From Actinomycetota bacterium (GTDB lineage: Bacteria > Actinomycetota > Geothermincolia > Geothermincolales > RBG-13-55-18), in NCBI GenBank assembly GCA_028697145.1, contig JAQVFR010000016.1:736-64735 (forward strand): a stretch of 64,000 nucleotides of DNA, in the 5' to 3' direction. The notes below the pieces were generated by a model that was not told where the DNA came from, made no database searches, and saw only the letters and a list, made by a program, of their open reading frames with translations. Positions within the stretch are counted from its first letter, which is position 1, and each line of letters begins with the position of its first letter. Positions 49,482 to 57,973 of the stretch are shown here, piece after piece. Position numbers and translations under genes: made by a program.

Positions 49482-50507
49482 TCAATCCCTGCGGCGGCGG
49501 TCGAAGACTAGATTGCTCCCCTCCATGTCCTTGGCGTATTTCTTGAGCTCCGCCGCTATCTGCGCCACTTTGCCCGGATGCTCCAGCTTGCGGTAGGTGT
49601 TATGGACGACGGCTATGCTTATGGTCATGATGGGGAACTCGCTCACGTTTCCCTGCCGGTCGGTGCTGATGATGCTGCCCCGGTCCCGGTCATCCGGCTC
49701 GTAGTGGGCGGGTATGCGCTCGTCGAACAGCCTGATGACCTCACCGCAGATAATTGGGGCGCGGTCCATGTCCGTGACCACGATAAAATCGTCCCCGCCT
49801 ATGTGGCCGGCGAAATCGTTTCTGTCACCGTATTTGTCCAGGGACTCCAGGATGGCTTTCGTGGTCAGCTTGATGACCTCGCTGCCGGCGAGAAACCCGT
49901 AACGGTCGTTATATGCCTTGAAATCGTCCAGGTCGATGTAACAGACCGCGAAGCGCCTGCCGCTGGCTATGCGGGATTCTATCGCCTCCTCTATGGCCCG
50001 GTTGCCCGGCAGCCCGGTAAGAGGGCTGGCTTCACCGTCGCGGAGCGAGCGCCGCAGGTGCATCTCTATCCTGGCCTCGAGCTCCAGGGGATCGAAAGGT
50101 TTGGTGAGGTAATCATCGGCCCCGGTCTGCATGCCCCTTATCTTGTCCTCGAGCATGCCCTTGGCGGTGAGGAGGATGATGGGTATGTGGCAGGTGAGGG
50201 CCTCGTTGCGGAGTCGCAGGCACACCTCGAGGCCGTCGATATCCGGCATCATGACGTCCAGGACGATGATGTCCGGTTTCTCGTTCGCGCATATCTCGAG
50301 GGCCTCGTTGCCGTCCCTGGCCTCGATGGTCTCGTACTTCCCGTCATCCAGCGTCTCCACGATGAGCTCGCGGATATTGGGGTCGTCGTCCACCACCAGG
50401 ATCCTGGACCTCTTCCCGTTCTCGACGTCCCGCGACGCCTCGCCCCTCAGCATCTCGTCGAACAAATCCTCACCTCCGGAGCGGTTCTCCGCTCCCGGCG
50501 CCAACAC
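49482..50507 (-). CDS. response regulator with REC domain and divergent GGDEF-family nucleotide cyclase domain (GGDDF signature)
   Basis: REC: ILVVDDD..DVMMPDIDG..LTAKG..DDYLTKPF. Cyclase: LTGLPGNR..IDLDDFKAYNDRYGFLAGS..HIGGDDFIVV. Confidence 0.8.
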   Translation of the reverse strand: MLAPGAENRSGGEDLFDEMLRGEASRDVENGKRSRILVVDDDPNIRELIVETLDDGKYETIEARDGNEALEICANEKPDIIVLDVMMPDIDGLEVCLRLRNEALTCHIPIILLTAKGMLEDKIRGMQTGADDYLTKPFDPLELEARIEMHLRRSLRDGEASPLTGLPGNRAIEEAIESRIASGRRFAVCYIDLDDFKAYNDRYGFLAGSEVIKLTTKAILESLDKYGDRNDFAGHIGGDDFIVVTDMDRAPIICGEVIRLFDERIPAHYEPDDRDRGSIISTDRQGNVSEFPIMTISIAVVHNTYRKLEHPGKVAQIAAELKKYAKDMEGSNLVFDRRRRD

Positions 50508-50558
50508 GTACTCTCACGTGTCTCCACCATATCTCCTCCATGCAAGAGCTCTTTCTCC

Positions 50559-52559
50559 TCATCTCTTTATCGGATCCCCCCCGTGATCGTCGATTATGTC
50601 CAGGAAGACCTCCACGACCCGCGGATCGAACTGGCTTCCGGAGTTGCGTCTCAGTTCCTCTACGGCGTCAGGCAGGTTGAGCGCGCGGCGGTAGGGACGA
50701 TCGGAACGCATGGCCTCGAATGCGTCGGCAACGGACAGGATACGGGCGCACAACGGTATCGCCTCTCCCTTCAGCCCCTGGGGATATCCGGTGCCGTCAT
50801 AGCGCTCGTGGTGATGGAGGATTATCGGGCGGGGCCCTTGCAGGAACTCGACCGGCTCCACGATGCTCTCGCCGAGAACGGGGTGGGTCTTTACATGCGT
50901 GTACTCCTCGCTGGTCAGCCCGCCCGCCTTGTTGAGGACCCTGCCGGCGATGCCGATCTTGCCGATATCATGCAGGGTGGCGGCATATTTCAGCTTCTGC
51001 CTCTCCCGCTCCTCAAGGCGCATCGCATCGGCGATCATCAACGCGTACTCCGTCACCCTCTCGGAATGTCCGTGGGTGTAGGGGTCTTTGACCTCGATCG
51101 CCTTGGCGAGCGCGCGCACGGTCGAGAAGTAGCTTTTCTCTATATCCTCGTAGAGCGCCGCGTTCTCTATGGCCATCGACGCCTGCGCAGTTATCGCCTT
51201 CACCACCTCGATCTCCTCCACCTCGAGCTCACTCGGCTCCCGGCAGGGGTAGAAGAGGGTGAAAACTCCGCTCAGCTTCTCCTTCGACCTGAGGGGCAGG
51301 AGGAAGACCGTATCCACTCCGTGCTCGTAGAGCAGATCGGCGGGAAGCAGGCATCCCGCCTCGGCCGCGGGCAGGAACACGGGATCGCCCCCTTCCAGGG
51401 CCTCCAGTTGTCCGTCGCGTATCGAACCGATATGAAAGCCGGCCGCGGCTCCGCCGTCCAGCCTGCTCTCCTCGATAAAGCCGTAACGTGCCGCCGGCTC
51501 GAAACGCCCGGCATCATCCTCACGCAGATAGATCGCGCACATAACCACGTCACAGAGACCAACGGTCATCTGCACTACCTTGTCGAGTATCTGGCTCAGG
51601 TCGAGGGTGGAGTTGATGGCCCTGGCTATCTCCAGCAGCGCTACCGTCTCCTTGATCTTGCGCTGCTCCCTCTCGTGGAGATAGGCGTTCTCGAGGGCCA
51701 CGGCCAGGCGGTTCGAAAACCTTACGGCCAGCTCGACCTCCTCGGAGGCGAGCTTGCCGCGGCGGGAGTTGTCGGCGAGAGATATGATCCCGGTGGTGCG
51801 GCCCCTGACCACCATGGGCAGCAGGACCATGCATGCGGCGCCGCTGAGCGACATGACCTCCTCGAGCGAGGGCTTCGCGTCTCCCCGAGACTCCCAGTAT
51901 GGCTCCATCTTCTCGAGCAGGGTGAAGGCGGTGACGCCGTTGAGCTCGAGCTGAGGTGGTTCCGCTCCTTCGCGGACGAGGTCGCCGACGAGCGGGACCA
52001 GCTGGCCGGGGGCGCTGAATTCCCAGCGGGTCGCATGCGCCATGTGCGTTATCTCTTTGAGCCTTGCCAGGCCTACCTTGGTGAGGGTGGTGGGGTCAAG
52101 GGTCGCCGCTATGGTGTCTGGAAAGCTGTCGACCTCGCGCAGCTGCCGCGACAGCTTCTCTCTTCTCCTCTCCTCCGCCTCCAGGTGCGCCTCAAACAGT
52201 ATCGCCTGGGCCCTCAAAAGCCCCCCGACCACGATGCTCAACTCGCCTGCTCCGCTCCTCCCGCCCAATTGCTCGCACAGGCTGGCGACGATGGAATGGG
52301 GAATAGCGCCGATCTCTTTCCAGGAGAGACCGTGTCGCGATAGCTCGCTTGCCGCCTCGACCAGTCGCTGCCTGGCGCGCTGCAGCTCCCCCTCGTCCCT
52401 CGCGGTCACCGCGTCCAGCAGCGCCTTCATTGTCTCCCGCGCATCGACGCCCATGTCCGTTGCCCATGCCATGGCTACGCCGGTCGTGCTCTCAAGGGCC
52501 CTCGAGAGCACGACCTCGCGTTCCTCCGCAAGCAGGCCTTTACCTGCCCGGCTGGGCAT
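50559..52559 (-). CDS. GAF-GAF-HD-GYP domain cyclic-dinucleotide phosphodiesterase
   Basis: HD-GYP: THGHSERV, LHDIGKIGI, HHERYDGTGYPQGL, two GAF-like segments, about 130-aa helical N-terminal domain. Confidence 0.85.
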   Translation of the reverse strand: MPSRAGKGLLAEEREVVLSRALESTTGVAMAWATDMGVDARETMKALLDAVTARDEGELQRARQRLVEAASELSRHGLSWKEIGAIPHSIVASLCEQLGGRSGAGELSIVVGGLLRAQAILFEAHLEAEERRREKLSRQLREVDSFPDTIAATLDPTTLTKVGLARLKEITHMAHATRWEFSAPGQLVPLVGDLVREGAEPPQLELNGVTAFTLLEKMEPYWESRGDAKPSLEEVMSLSGAACMVLLPMVVRGRTTGIISLADNSRRGKLASEEVELAVRFSNRLAVALENAYLHEREQRKIKETVALLEIARAINSTLDLSQILDKVVQMTVGLCDVVMCAIYLREDDAGRFEPAARYGFIEESRLDGGAAAGFHIGSIRDGQLEALEGGDPVFLPAAEAGCLLPADLLYEHGVDTVFLLPLRSKEKLSGVFTLFYPCREPSELEVEEIEVVKAITAQASMAIENAALYEDIEKSYFSTVRALAKAIEVKDPYTHGHSERVTEYALMIADAMRLEERERQKLKYAATLHDIGKIGIAGRVLNKAGGLTSEEYTHVKTHPVLGESIVEPVEFLQGPRPIILHHHERYDGTGYPQGLKGEAIPLCARILSVADAFEAMRSDRPYRRALNLPDAVEELRRNSGSQFDPRVVEVFLDIIDDHGGDPIKR

Positions 52560-52798
52560 GATCTACGGCTATCTCCTACGTCCTTCAAAAGCGCCGACGC
52601 TCCACTATGAGTATCGGCAGGGTTTACGTGCGTTTTTAACGGCGTTGCCCTGGAAGGAACCTGGACCAGGGCGGTAGGGGTGGATATGGATCGGGGCGTT
52701 GGGTCTGATAACAGCAAGTGGGGCCGGGATAAATCCTGGCCCGCAGCGCTTGCGCGTCGCTCCGCTCTGATATGTGGGTAAGGCTCGTCCCTGACACT

Positions 52799-52870
52799 CC
52801 CCGCCTGCGGCTCGGACGCAAACCGAGCCCTTGTTGCGGGTCGGGCGAGGGCAAGGGTGCGCAGGCGGGC
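52799..52870. other. three-way-junction-like structured element in the ribH / HD-GYP intergenic region
   Basis: Perfect 10-bp closing stem cccgcctgcg / cgcaggcggg encloses two hairpins: gctcgg-acgcaaa-ccgagc and cccttg-N18-caaggg. Confidence 0.4.
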
Positions 52871-52899
52871 GTCGCTCGCCTTGATACGATGGTGGGGAC

Positions 52900-53364
52900 T
52901 CAGCTCAAGGACTTCAGCAGGTTCCCCATCTCCACGGCGGTGAGGGCCGCCTGCCACCCCTTGTTGCCCTGCTTGGCTCCAGCACGCTCGACCGCCTGTT
53001 CGATGGTGTCAGCGGTTATGATCCCGAAGACCGTGGGCACCCCCTTGTCCAGCCCGACGCGGGCTATGCCCTTGGATACCTCGGAGGCGACGTATTCGAA
53101 ATGGGGCGTGGAACCGCGTATGACCGCGCCCAGGCAGATGACGGCATCGTAACGGCCGCTTTCGGCCAGGCGCGAAGCCACCAGCGGTATCTCGAAGGAC
53201 CCCGGCACCCATGCGATGTCCACGCCGTCCATGTCCGCATCGTGCCGTTTCAGGGCATCCAGCGCGCCGTCAAGCAGCCTCGTGCTGATGAACTCGTTGA
53301 AACGGGCGACGACGATGGCGAACCTAAGCCCCGTTGCTACAAGGTGGCCTTCGTAACTAGGCAT
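52900..53364 (-). CDS. ribH: 6,7-dimethyl-8-ribityllumazine synthase
   Basis: ATG at 53364 lies 6 nt after [18 protein letters not shown]...L..GA, VPG.FEIP, THFEYV. Confidence 0.95.
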   Translation of the reverse strand: MPSYEGHLVATGLRFAIVVARFNEFISTRLLDGALDALKRHDADMDGVDIAWVPGSFEIPLVASRLAESGRYDAVICLGAVIRGSTPHFEYVASEVSKGIARVGLDKGVPTVFGIITADTIEQAVERAGAKQGNKGWQAALTAVEMGNLLKSLS

Positions 53365-53378
53365 TGCGCTCTCCTTTC

Positions 53379-54614
53379 TCAGAAGTCCAGGATGTGATCG
53401 AGCTTGTCCTGCTTCGCCTTGAGGTAGGCGTAGTTGTCCTCGCACGGCTCTATGACCAGCGGAATGCGCTCGACCACCTTCAGGCCGTACCCCTCCAGCC
53501 CCACCCGCTTGGCCGGGTTGTTGGTGAGAAGGCGCATGGTCGAGAGCCCCAGGTCGGATAGTATCTGGGCCCCGATGCCGTAGTCGCGGGCGTCCGGCGG
53601 GAAACCCAGCTCGATGTTGGCCTCGACGGTGTCCTTGCCGCTCTCCTGCAGTTCGTATGCCTTGAGTTTATGGGTGAGCCCGATGCCCCTTCCCTCGTGC
53701 CCGATGATATACAGGAGCACGCCCTGTCCCTCCTCCTCGATCATCTGCAGCGCCAGCCTCAACTGCAGGCCGCAGTCGCAGCGCAAGGAGGAGAAGACGT
53801 CCCCCGTCAGGCACTCGGAGTGCACCCTGACCAGCACGTCCTCTTTGCCCTCCACGTCTCCCTTGACCAGGGCTATGAGGGAGTGGCCGTCTATAAGAGA
53901 CTCGTAACCCACCGCACGGAACTCCCCGTAAGCGGTGGGCATTCGCACCTCTGCCGTGCGCCTCACCAGTGTCTCGTTGCGGTTGCGGTAACGGATCAGG
54001 TCCTCGATGGTCGCCATCTTCAGGCCGAACCTCTTCTTTATCTCCGCCAGTTGCGGCACGCGGGCCATGGTGCCGTCGTCGTTCATGATCTCGCAGATCA
54101 CGCCGGCCGGGAAAAATCCCGCCAGCCTCGCCAGGTCCACCGCGGCCTCGGTATGGCCGGCCCTCCGCAGCACACCGCCATCGCGCGCCCGCAGCGGGAA
54201 GACGTGCCCGGGCCTCGAGATGTCCTCCGGGCGTGTGGCGGGGTCGAGGACCGCTTGCACGGTCACCGCGCGATCGTGGGCGGATATCCCCGTGGTTATC
54301 TTCCCCTTGGCCCCGATGGAAACGGTAAAGGCCGTCTCGTGGGTCGAGGTGTTGTTTGAGACCATGGGGTGTATGTTCAATTCATCCAGGCGCTCTCCCG
54401 TACAGGGCATGCAGATCAGGCCGCGTCCGTGCTTGGCCATGAAATTGACCGCCTCCGGCGAGACCTTCTGCGCCGCCATGAGAAAATCGCCTTCGTTCTC
54501 GCGGTCCTCATCGTCCACGACGATGATGATCTTTCCTTCGCTGATGTCCTCGATGACATCCTCGATGGTGTCGAACGGGCTTTCCTCCTCTTTTCTCAAC
54601 TCGTTATCCATCAC
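53379..54614 (-). CDS. ribBA: bifunctional 3,4-dihydroxy-2-butanone-4-phosphate synthase / GTP cyclohydrolase II
   Basis: [24 protein letters not shown]...[17 protein letters not shown]. Confidence 0.95.
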   Translation of the reverse strand: MMDNELRKEEESPFDTIEDVIEDISEGKIIIVVDDEDRENEGDFLMAAQKVSPEAVNFMAKHGRGLICMPCTGERLDELNIHPMVSNNTSTHETAFTVSIGAKGKITTGISAHDRAVTVQAVLDPATRPEDISRPGHVFPLRARDGGVLRRAGHTEAAVDLARLAGFFPAGVICEIMNDDGTMARVPQLAEIKKRFGLKMATIEDLIRYRNRNETLVRRTAEVRMPTAYGEFRAVGYESLIDGHSLIALVKGDVEGKEDVLVRVHSECLTGDVFSSLRCDCGLQLRLALQMIEEEGQGVLLYIIGHEGRGIGLTHKLKAYELQESGKDTVEANIELGFPPDARDYGIGAQILSDLGLSTMRLLTNNPAKRVGLEGYGLKVVERIPLVIEPCEDNYAYLKAKQDKLDHILDF

Positions 54615-55270
54615 ATGAACCCTCCTTCAACCAGTCTCTCTCGTAGCGAGCCGCTTGCCGCGGAACCGTCACCGCGGGGCAGGCCCCTTTCCATGTAACT
54701 GCGCACGTACTTCGCTATCACGTCGACCTCGAGGTTCACGGCATCGCCGGACTTCGCGCGCCTCAGGTTCGTCTCCTCCACCGTATGGGGAATTGCGGCC
54801 ACGCTGAACTCTCCGTCTCCCAGCGCGCTTACGGTAAGGCTTATGCCGTCAACCGCGATCGAACCCTTTTCGACCAGGTAGGCCTGCACCTCCGGAGGAG
54901 CGGCGAAGGCATAGGTCCTTCCCCTGCCGGAGTCCCTGGCCGACTTGAGATATCCGACCCCGTCCACGTGCCCCTGCACGATATGGCCCCCCAGGCGCGA
55001 GCCAAGTCTCATAGCCCTCTCCAGGTTCAGGGCCGCTCCCCTTTTCAGCCCGCCGAGGTTGGACCGCTGCAGGCTCTCCTCCGACACGTCCGCCGCGAAA
55101 TAACCCGGGGCCGTCTCAACGGCGGTAAGGCATACTCCGTTCACCGCCACCGAGTCGCCGATCTCCAGGCCCTCCCACACGCGGCGGCAGGACACCGTTA
55201 TCCGCGCTTCATCGCCAAGCCTTTTCAGCTCCTTCAGCTCTCCCACTTCCTCGATTATCCCGGTGAACAT
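54611..55270 (-). CDS. ribE: riboflavin synthase alpha chain
   Basis: ATG at 55270 gives [10 protein letters not shown]. Duplicated GDS.AVNG.CLT / GS.A.DG.SLT lumazine-binding repeats. Confidence 0.9.
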   Translation of the reverse strand: MFTGIIEEVGELKELKRLGDEARITVSCRRVWEGLEIGDSVAVNGVCLTAVETAPGYFAADVSEESLQRSNLGGLKRGAALNLERAMRLGSRLGGHIVQGHVDGVGYLKSARDSGRGRTYAFAAPPEVQAYLVEKGSIAVDGISLTVSALGDGEFSVAAIPHTVEETNLRRAKSGDAVNLEVDVIAKYVRSYMERGLPRGDGSAASGSLRERLVEGGFM

Positions 55271-56388
55271 CCCAACCTCCGCTCTCCCGTATCCGCCATG
55301 AGCAGGAGATCCTCTCCCACCCTGCGTGTTCCGCGCCAGCGCAGCGGCAGGCCCTTCTCCAGGCCTGTAACCTCCCTGCCTTCCGCCCAGGAACGAGCTT
55401 CCGCGTCGCCGAACACCCTGGGCGCTATGAACAGGCACAGACGGTCGGCAAGCCCCTCGTCCAGCAGGGACGCGACCAGGGTGGGACCTCCCTCCACCAG
55501 CAGCCGCGCCACCTCCCTGCGTCCCAGTGAGGTCAGCAGCTCCGCCAGGTCCACCCTTCCCCGGGATCCCGGAAGCACCATGACCTCGACCCCCCTTTCC
55601 CGCAACCGCTCCGCCTTGGCCTCGTCCCCCGCGGGGGTGGTGGCCACGATCACCCCGGGCACTCCGCCCTGCGCCAGGCGGCAGTGCAGCGGCATGGACA
55701 GGCGCGAGTCAACCACCACCCTGAGCGGCGGCCGCGCCCCACGCAGGGGTACCTCGCGCACGGTCAATTCCGGGTCGTCCGACTGCACCGTCCCCCTCCC
55801 GACCAGGACCGCGTCGCTCTCCCTGCGCATGGCGTGCACCATCCTCCTCGCCTTCTCCCCGGTGATCCACCTGGACTCTCCGTTCCGCGCCGCGATCTTG
55901 CCGTCCGCGGTGGCGGCCATCTTCACCACCACCAGGGGCTTCCCGGTCGTGACGTGTTTTTCGTAAGCCTCGTTTAGAAGGGAGGACTCCGCGGCCAGCA
56001 GGCCGCTTTCCACCGTCAGCCCCGCCCCGCGCAGCCTTTCCTCCCCGCCCCCCCTCACCGCCGGGTTGGGATCGGACGCCGCCATCACCACGCGCCTCAC
56101 TCCGGCCGCTATGATACCCTCCGTGCACGGCGGCGTCCTGCCCTGGTGGTTGCACGGCTCCAGGTTCACGTAGAGCGTCGATCCTTCCGCCTCGCCCCCG
56201 GCCTGCGTTATGGCCTCCGCCTCGGCGTGCGGGGTGAAAGGCCCGCGGTGGAACCCCTCGGCCACTATCTTTCCGTTTTTTACCACCACTGCGCCCACCA
56301 TCGGGTTGGGATTGGTCATACCCCTGCCTCTCCCCGCGAGCGCCAGGGCTCTTCTCATGAACCGCCTGTCCTCTTCGCTGAATCCCAT
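55255..56388 (-). CDS. ribD: bifunctional diaminohydroxyphosphoribosylaminopyrimidine deaminase / 5-amino-6-(5-phosphoribosylamino)uracil reductase
   Basis: HAEAEAI, LEPCNHQGRTPPC and the reductase domain GK.A...GES.WIT. Confidence 0.95.
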   Translation of the reverse strand: MGFSEEDRRFMRRALALAGRGRGMTNPNPMVGAVVVKNGKIVAEGFHRGPFTPHAEAEAITQAGGEAEGSTLYVNLEPCNHQGRTPPCTEGIIAAGVRRVVMAASDPNPAVRGGGEERLRGAGLTVESGLLAAESSLLNEAYEKHVTTGKPLVVVKMAATADGKIAARNGESRWITGEKARRMVHAMRRESDAVLVGRGTVQSDDPELTVREVPLRGARPPLRVVVDSRLSMPLHCRLAQGGVPGVIVATTPAGDEAKAERLRERGVEVMVLPGSRGRVDLAELLTSLGRREVARLLVEGGPTLVASLLDEGLADRLCLFIAPRVFGDAEARSWAEGREVTGLEKGLPLRWRGTRRVGEDLLLMADTGERRLGCSPG

Positions 56389-56464
56389 CCCGTACGCCTC
56401 CGTTTACAACTGTCCTTTGCGCCGCAAACGCTCCACGAGGGCTCTTCCGGCGCCGCCCGCGGGG

Positions 56465-56499
56465 CAAACTAAAGGGCGCCGGGAGAAAACCCGGCGCCC
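56465..56499 (-). terminator. intrinsic terminator forming the expression platform of the FMN riboswitch
   Basis: Minus sense GGGCGCCGGG-TTTTCT-CCCGGCGCCC followed by TTTAGTTTG. Lies between the aptamer and the ribD start. Confidence 0.75.
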
Positions 56500-56514
56500 A
56501 TTATGGACCGCCTG

Positions 56515-56630
56515 GAGGTCTTCTCCCATCCGGACTTTCACCGTCGGTGCCGGAATTTCGCCGGCTCTGCCTCTCGGCTCGCGGACTTTAACCGCCGGTC
56601 GGGGTTTTCACCCTGCCCCGAAGACCGTTA
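56515..56630 (-). promoter_or_regulatory. FMN riboswitch (RFN element) in the ribD leader
   Basis: The minus-sense sequence carries the RFN core almost verbatim: GGTCTTCGGGGCAGGGTGAAAACCCCGACCGGCGGTTAAAGTCCGCGAGCC...GGCGAAATTCCGGCACCGACGGTGAAAGTCCGGATGGGAGAAGACC. P1 pairs 56517..56523 with 56620..56626. Confidence 0.92.
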
Positions 56631-56637
56631 CAGCATG

Positions 56638-56667
56638 ATTATATGGCCATCAGCACGGGCTTGTCCA
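56638..56667 (-). promoter_or_regulatory. putative sigma-70-type promoter of the rib operon
   Basis: Minus sense TGGACA, 18 nt spacer, TATAAT, a few nt upstream of the riboswitch P1. Confidence 0.45.
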
Positions 56668-56727
56668 TATTCGCGGTCAGGGGGGGTTGCAGGTGATGAA
56701 GCGGTCTTTATTACCGTCTCGTATCCT

Positions 56728-57390
56728 TCAGGTGCGGTCGAGTATGGACCTGATCTCCGCGGCCGCCTTGCCAGGATCGGGGGCCGCATAGATGGATGAG
56801 CCGACCACCACGACGTCCGTGCCGGCCTGGAGCACCATCTCGAGGTTCTCCGTCTTCACTCCGCCGTCCACCTCGACCTCCAGCTCCAGTCCCCGCCGTG
56901 CCGCCTCCTCCTTCAACTGCCCGACCTTCTGCAGCGCCTCGGGTATCATCGCCTGTCCGCCGAAACCGGGCATGACCGTCATCACCAGGACGAAGTCCAT
57001 GAGTTCCAGGTACTCGAAGAGGCGTTCGGCGGGCGTCTGGGGGTTGACGACCACCCCGGCCTTGCGCTCGAGGCTGTGTATGAGGCCGAGTATCTCCCCG
57101 GGGTGGCGCGTCACCTCGGCGTGAAACGAGACCCAGTCGGCTCCCGCGGCGACGAAATCCTCGACGAACTCGGCGGGGTGGGCGATCATCAGATGCACAT
57201 CAAGGGGAAGGTCGGTGATGGACCTTACCGCCTTTACCACCAGGGGGCCGAAGGTGATGTTGGGGACGAAGTTCCCGTCCATCACGTCCAGGTGGATGAG
57301 GTCTGCTATGCCCTCGATGAACGCCACCGCTCCGCGCAGATCGCTGAAATCGGCGTTGAGCAGCGAAGGCGCAAGTTTAACCCTTCTCAC
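56728..57390 (-). CDS. rpe: ribulose-phosphate 3-epimerase
   Basis: GTG at 57390 lies 8 nt after GGGAGG. KLAPSLLNADF, HLDVMDG.FVPN, H.MI..P, VMTV.PGFGGQ, DGG. Confidence 0.9.
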   Translation of the reverse strand: MRRVKLAPSLLNADFSDLRGAVAFIEGIADLIHLDVMDGNFVPNITFGPLVVKAVRSITDLPLDVHLMIAHPAEFVEDFVAAGADWVSFHAEVTRHPGEILGLIHSLERKAGVVVNPQTPAERLFEYLELMDFVLVMTVMPGFGGQAMIPEALQKVGQLKEEAARRGLELEVEVDGGVKTENLEMVLQAGTDVVVVGSSIYAAPDPGKAAAEIRSILDRT

Positions 57391-57973
57391 TCGGCTTACC
57401 TCCCAGCGGAGCTCTTTGCAACTCCACATAAGTAGGCCCGTGCGGTCCCAATATACTGCTATAGAGCACTATCTCGTCAACATCGAAGACCATATCGCTC
57501 AACCCCCGCAGGCGCGCCTCCAACTCATCCAGGTCGGATGCGCAGTCCACCGGACTCTTCAGCCTCGCCAGGGTTAAATGCCCCCGGAAGGGCCTTTCCT
57601 CCCGCTTGACGCCGGCGTCCTCCAGGCGCGCGTCAAGCTTGCGGGCTACCGCTCCCGCTCCCTCAGCACCCTCGCACATCCCCACCCATATCACGCGGGC
57701 CCTTCTCCGCGAGGGGAAGGCCCCACACCCCCCGAGTGCAGCCGTAAAGGCCGCGCACCGCTCCCCCACAGCCAGTATCTCTTTCTCCAGGCGCGGCAGC
57801 CCTTCCTCCAAATAACTCCCGATGAACTTCAGGGTGAGGTGAAGGTTTTTCGGATCGACCCAGCGGCTTCCCTCCACGCGCTCCCGCAAGACCTCCATGC
57901 TGGAGGAGATGAGCGCCCTGGCCTCGGGGGGGATATCCGCCGCCACGAAGAGCCTCAGTTTCCTATCTGACAT
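57377..57973 (-). CDS. thpR: RNA 2',3'-cyclic phosphodiesterase (ThpR/LigT, 2H family)
   Basis: Two HxT/S motifs (LHLTLKFIG and GHLTLARL). ATG at 57973 overlaps the cinA stop. Confidence 0.8.
   Translation of the reverse strand: MSDRKLRLFVAADIPPEARALISSSMEVLRERVEGSRWVDPKNLHLTLKFIGSYLEEGLPRLEKEILAVGERCAAFTAALGGCGAFPSRRRARVIWVGMCEGAEGAGAVARKLDARLEDAGVKREERPFRGHLTLARLKSPVDCASDLDELEARLRGLSDMVFDVDEIVLYSSILGPHGPTYVELQRAPLGGKPSEKG

Noticed and set aside
49578-52343. Very long plus-strand ORF (921 aa), and similar ones at 1849..2931, 11739..13403, 19785..20864, 25827..26990, 28259..30088, 44255..46033 and 54785..55966.
   Set aside because: They lie antisense to or overlap strongly conserved minus-strand genes. 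Their translations are Arg/Pro/Gly/Ala/His-rich low-complexity sequences with no motifs. These are typical shadow ORFs of GC-rich DNA where stop codons are rare.
52647-52672. CTGGAAGGAAC resembling the SRP RNA GGAA-tetraloop/helix 8 motif.
   Set aside because: The flanking sequence does not form the symmetric and asymmetric loops of SRP domain IV, and no 5'/3' Alu-like or closing helix is evident.
52810-52830. GGACGCAAACC..GAGCC string resembling the GGGACGCAAAGCC core of the c-di-GMP-I (GEMM-I) riboswitch.
   Set aside because: The resemblance is on the plus strand, antisense to the HD-GYP operon. The GGCAAACC / GNRA tetraloop-receptor features are missing. The match is too short to be meaningful without a covariance-model score.
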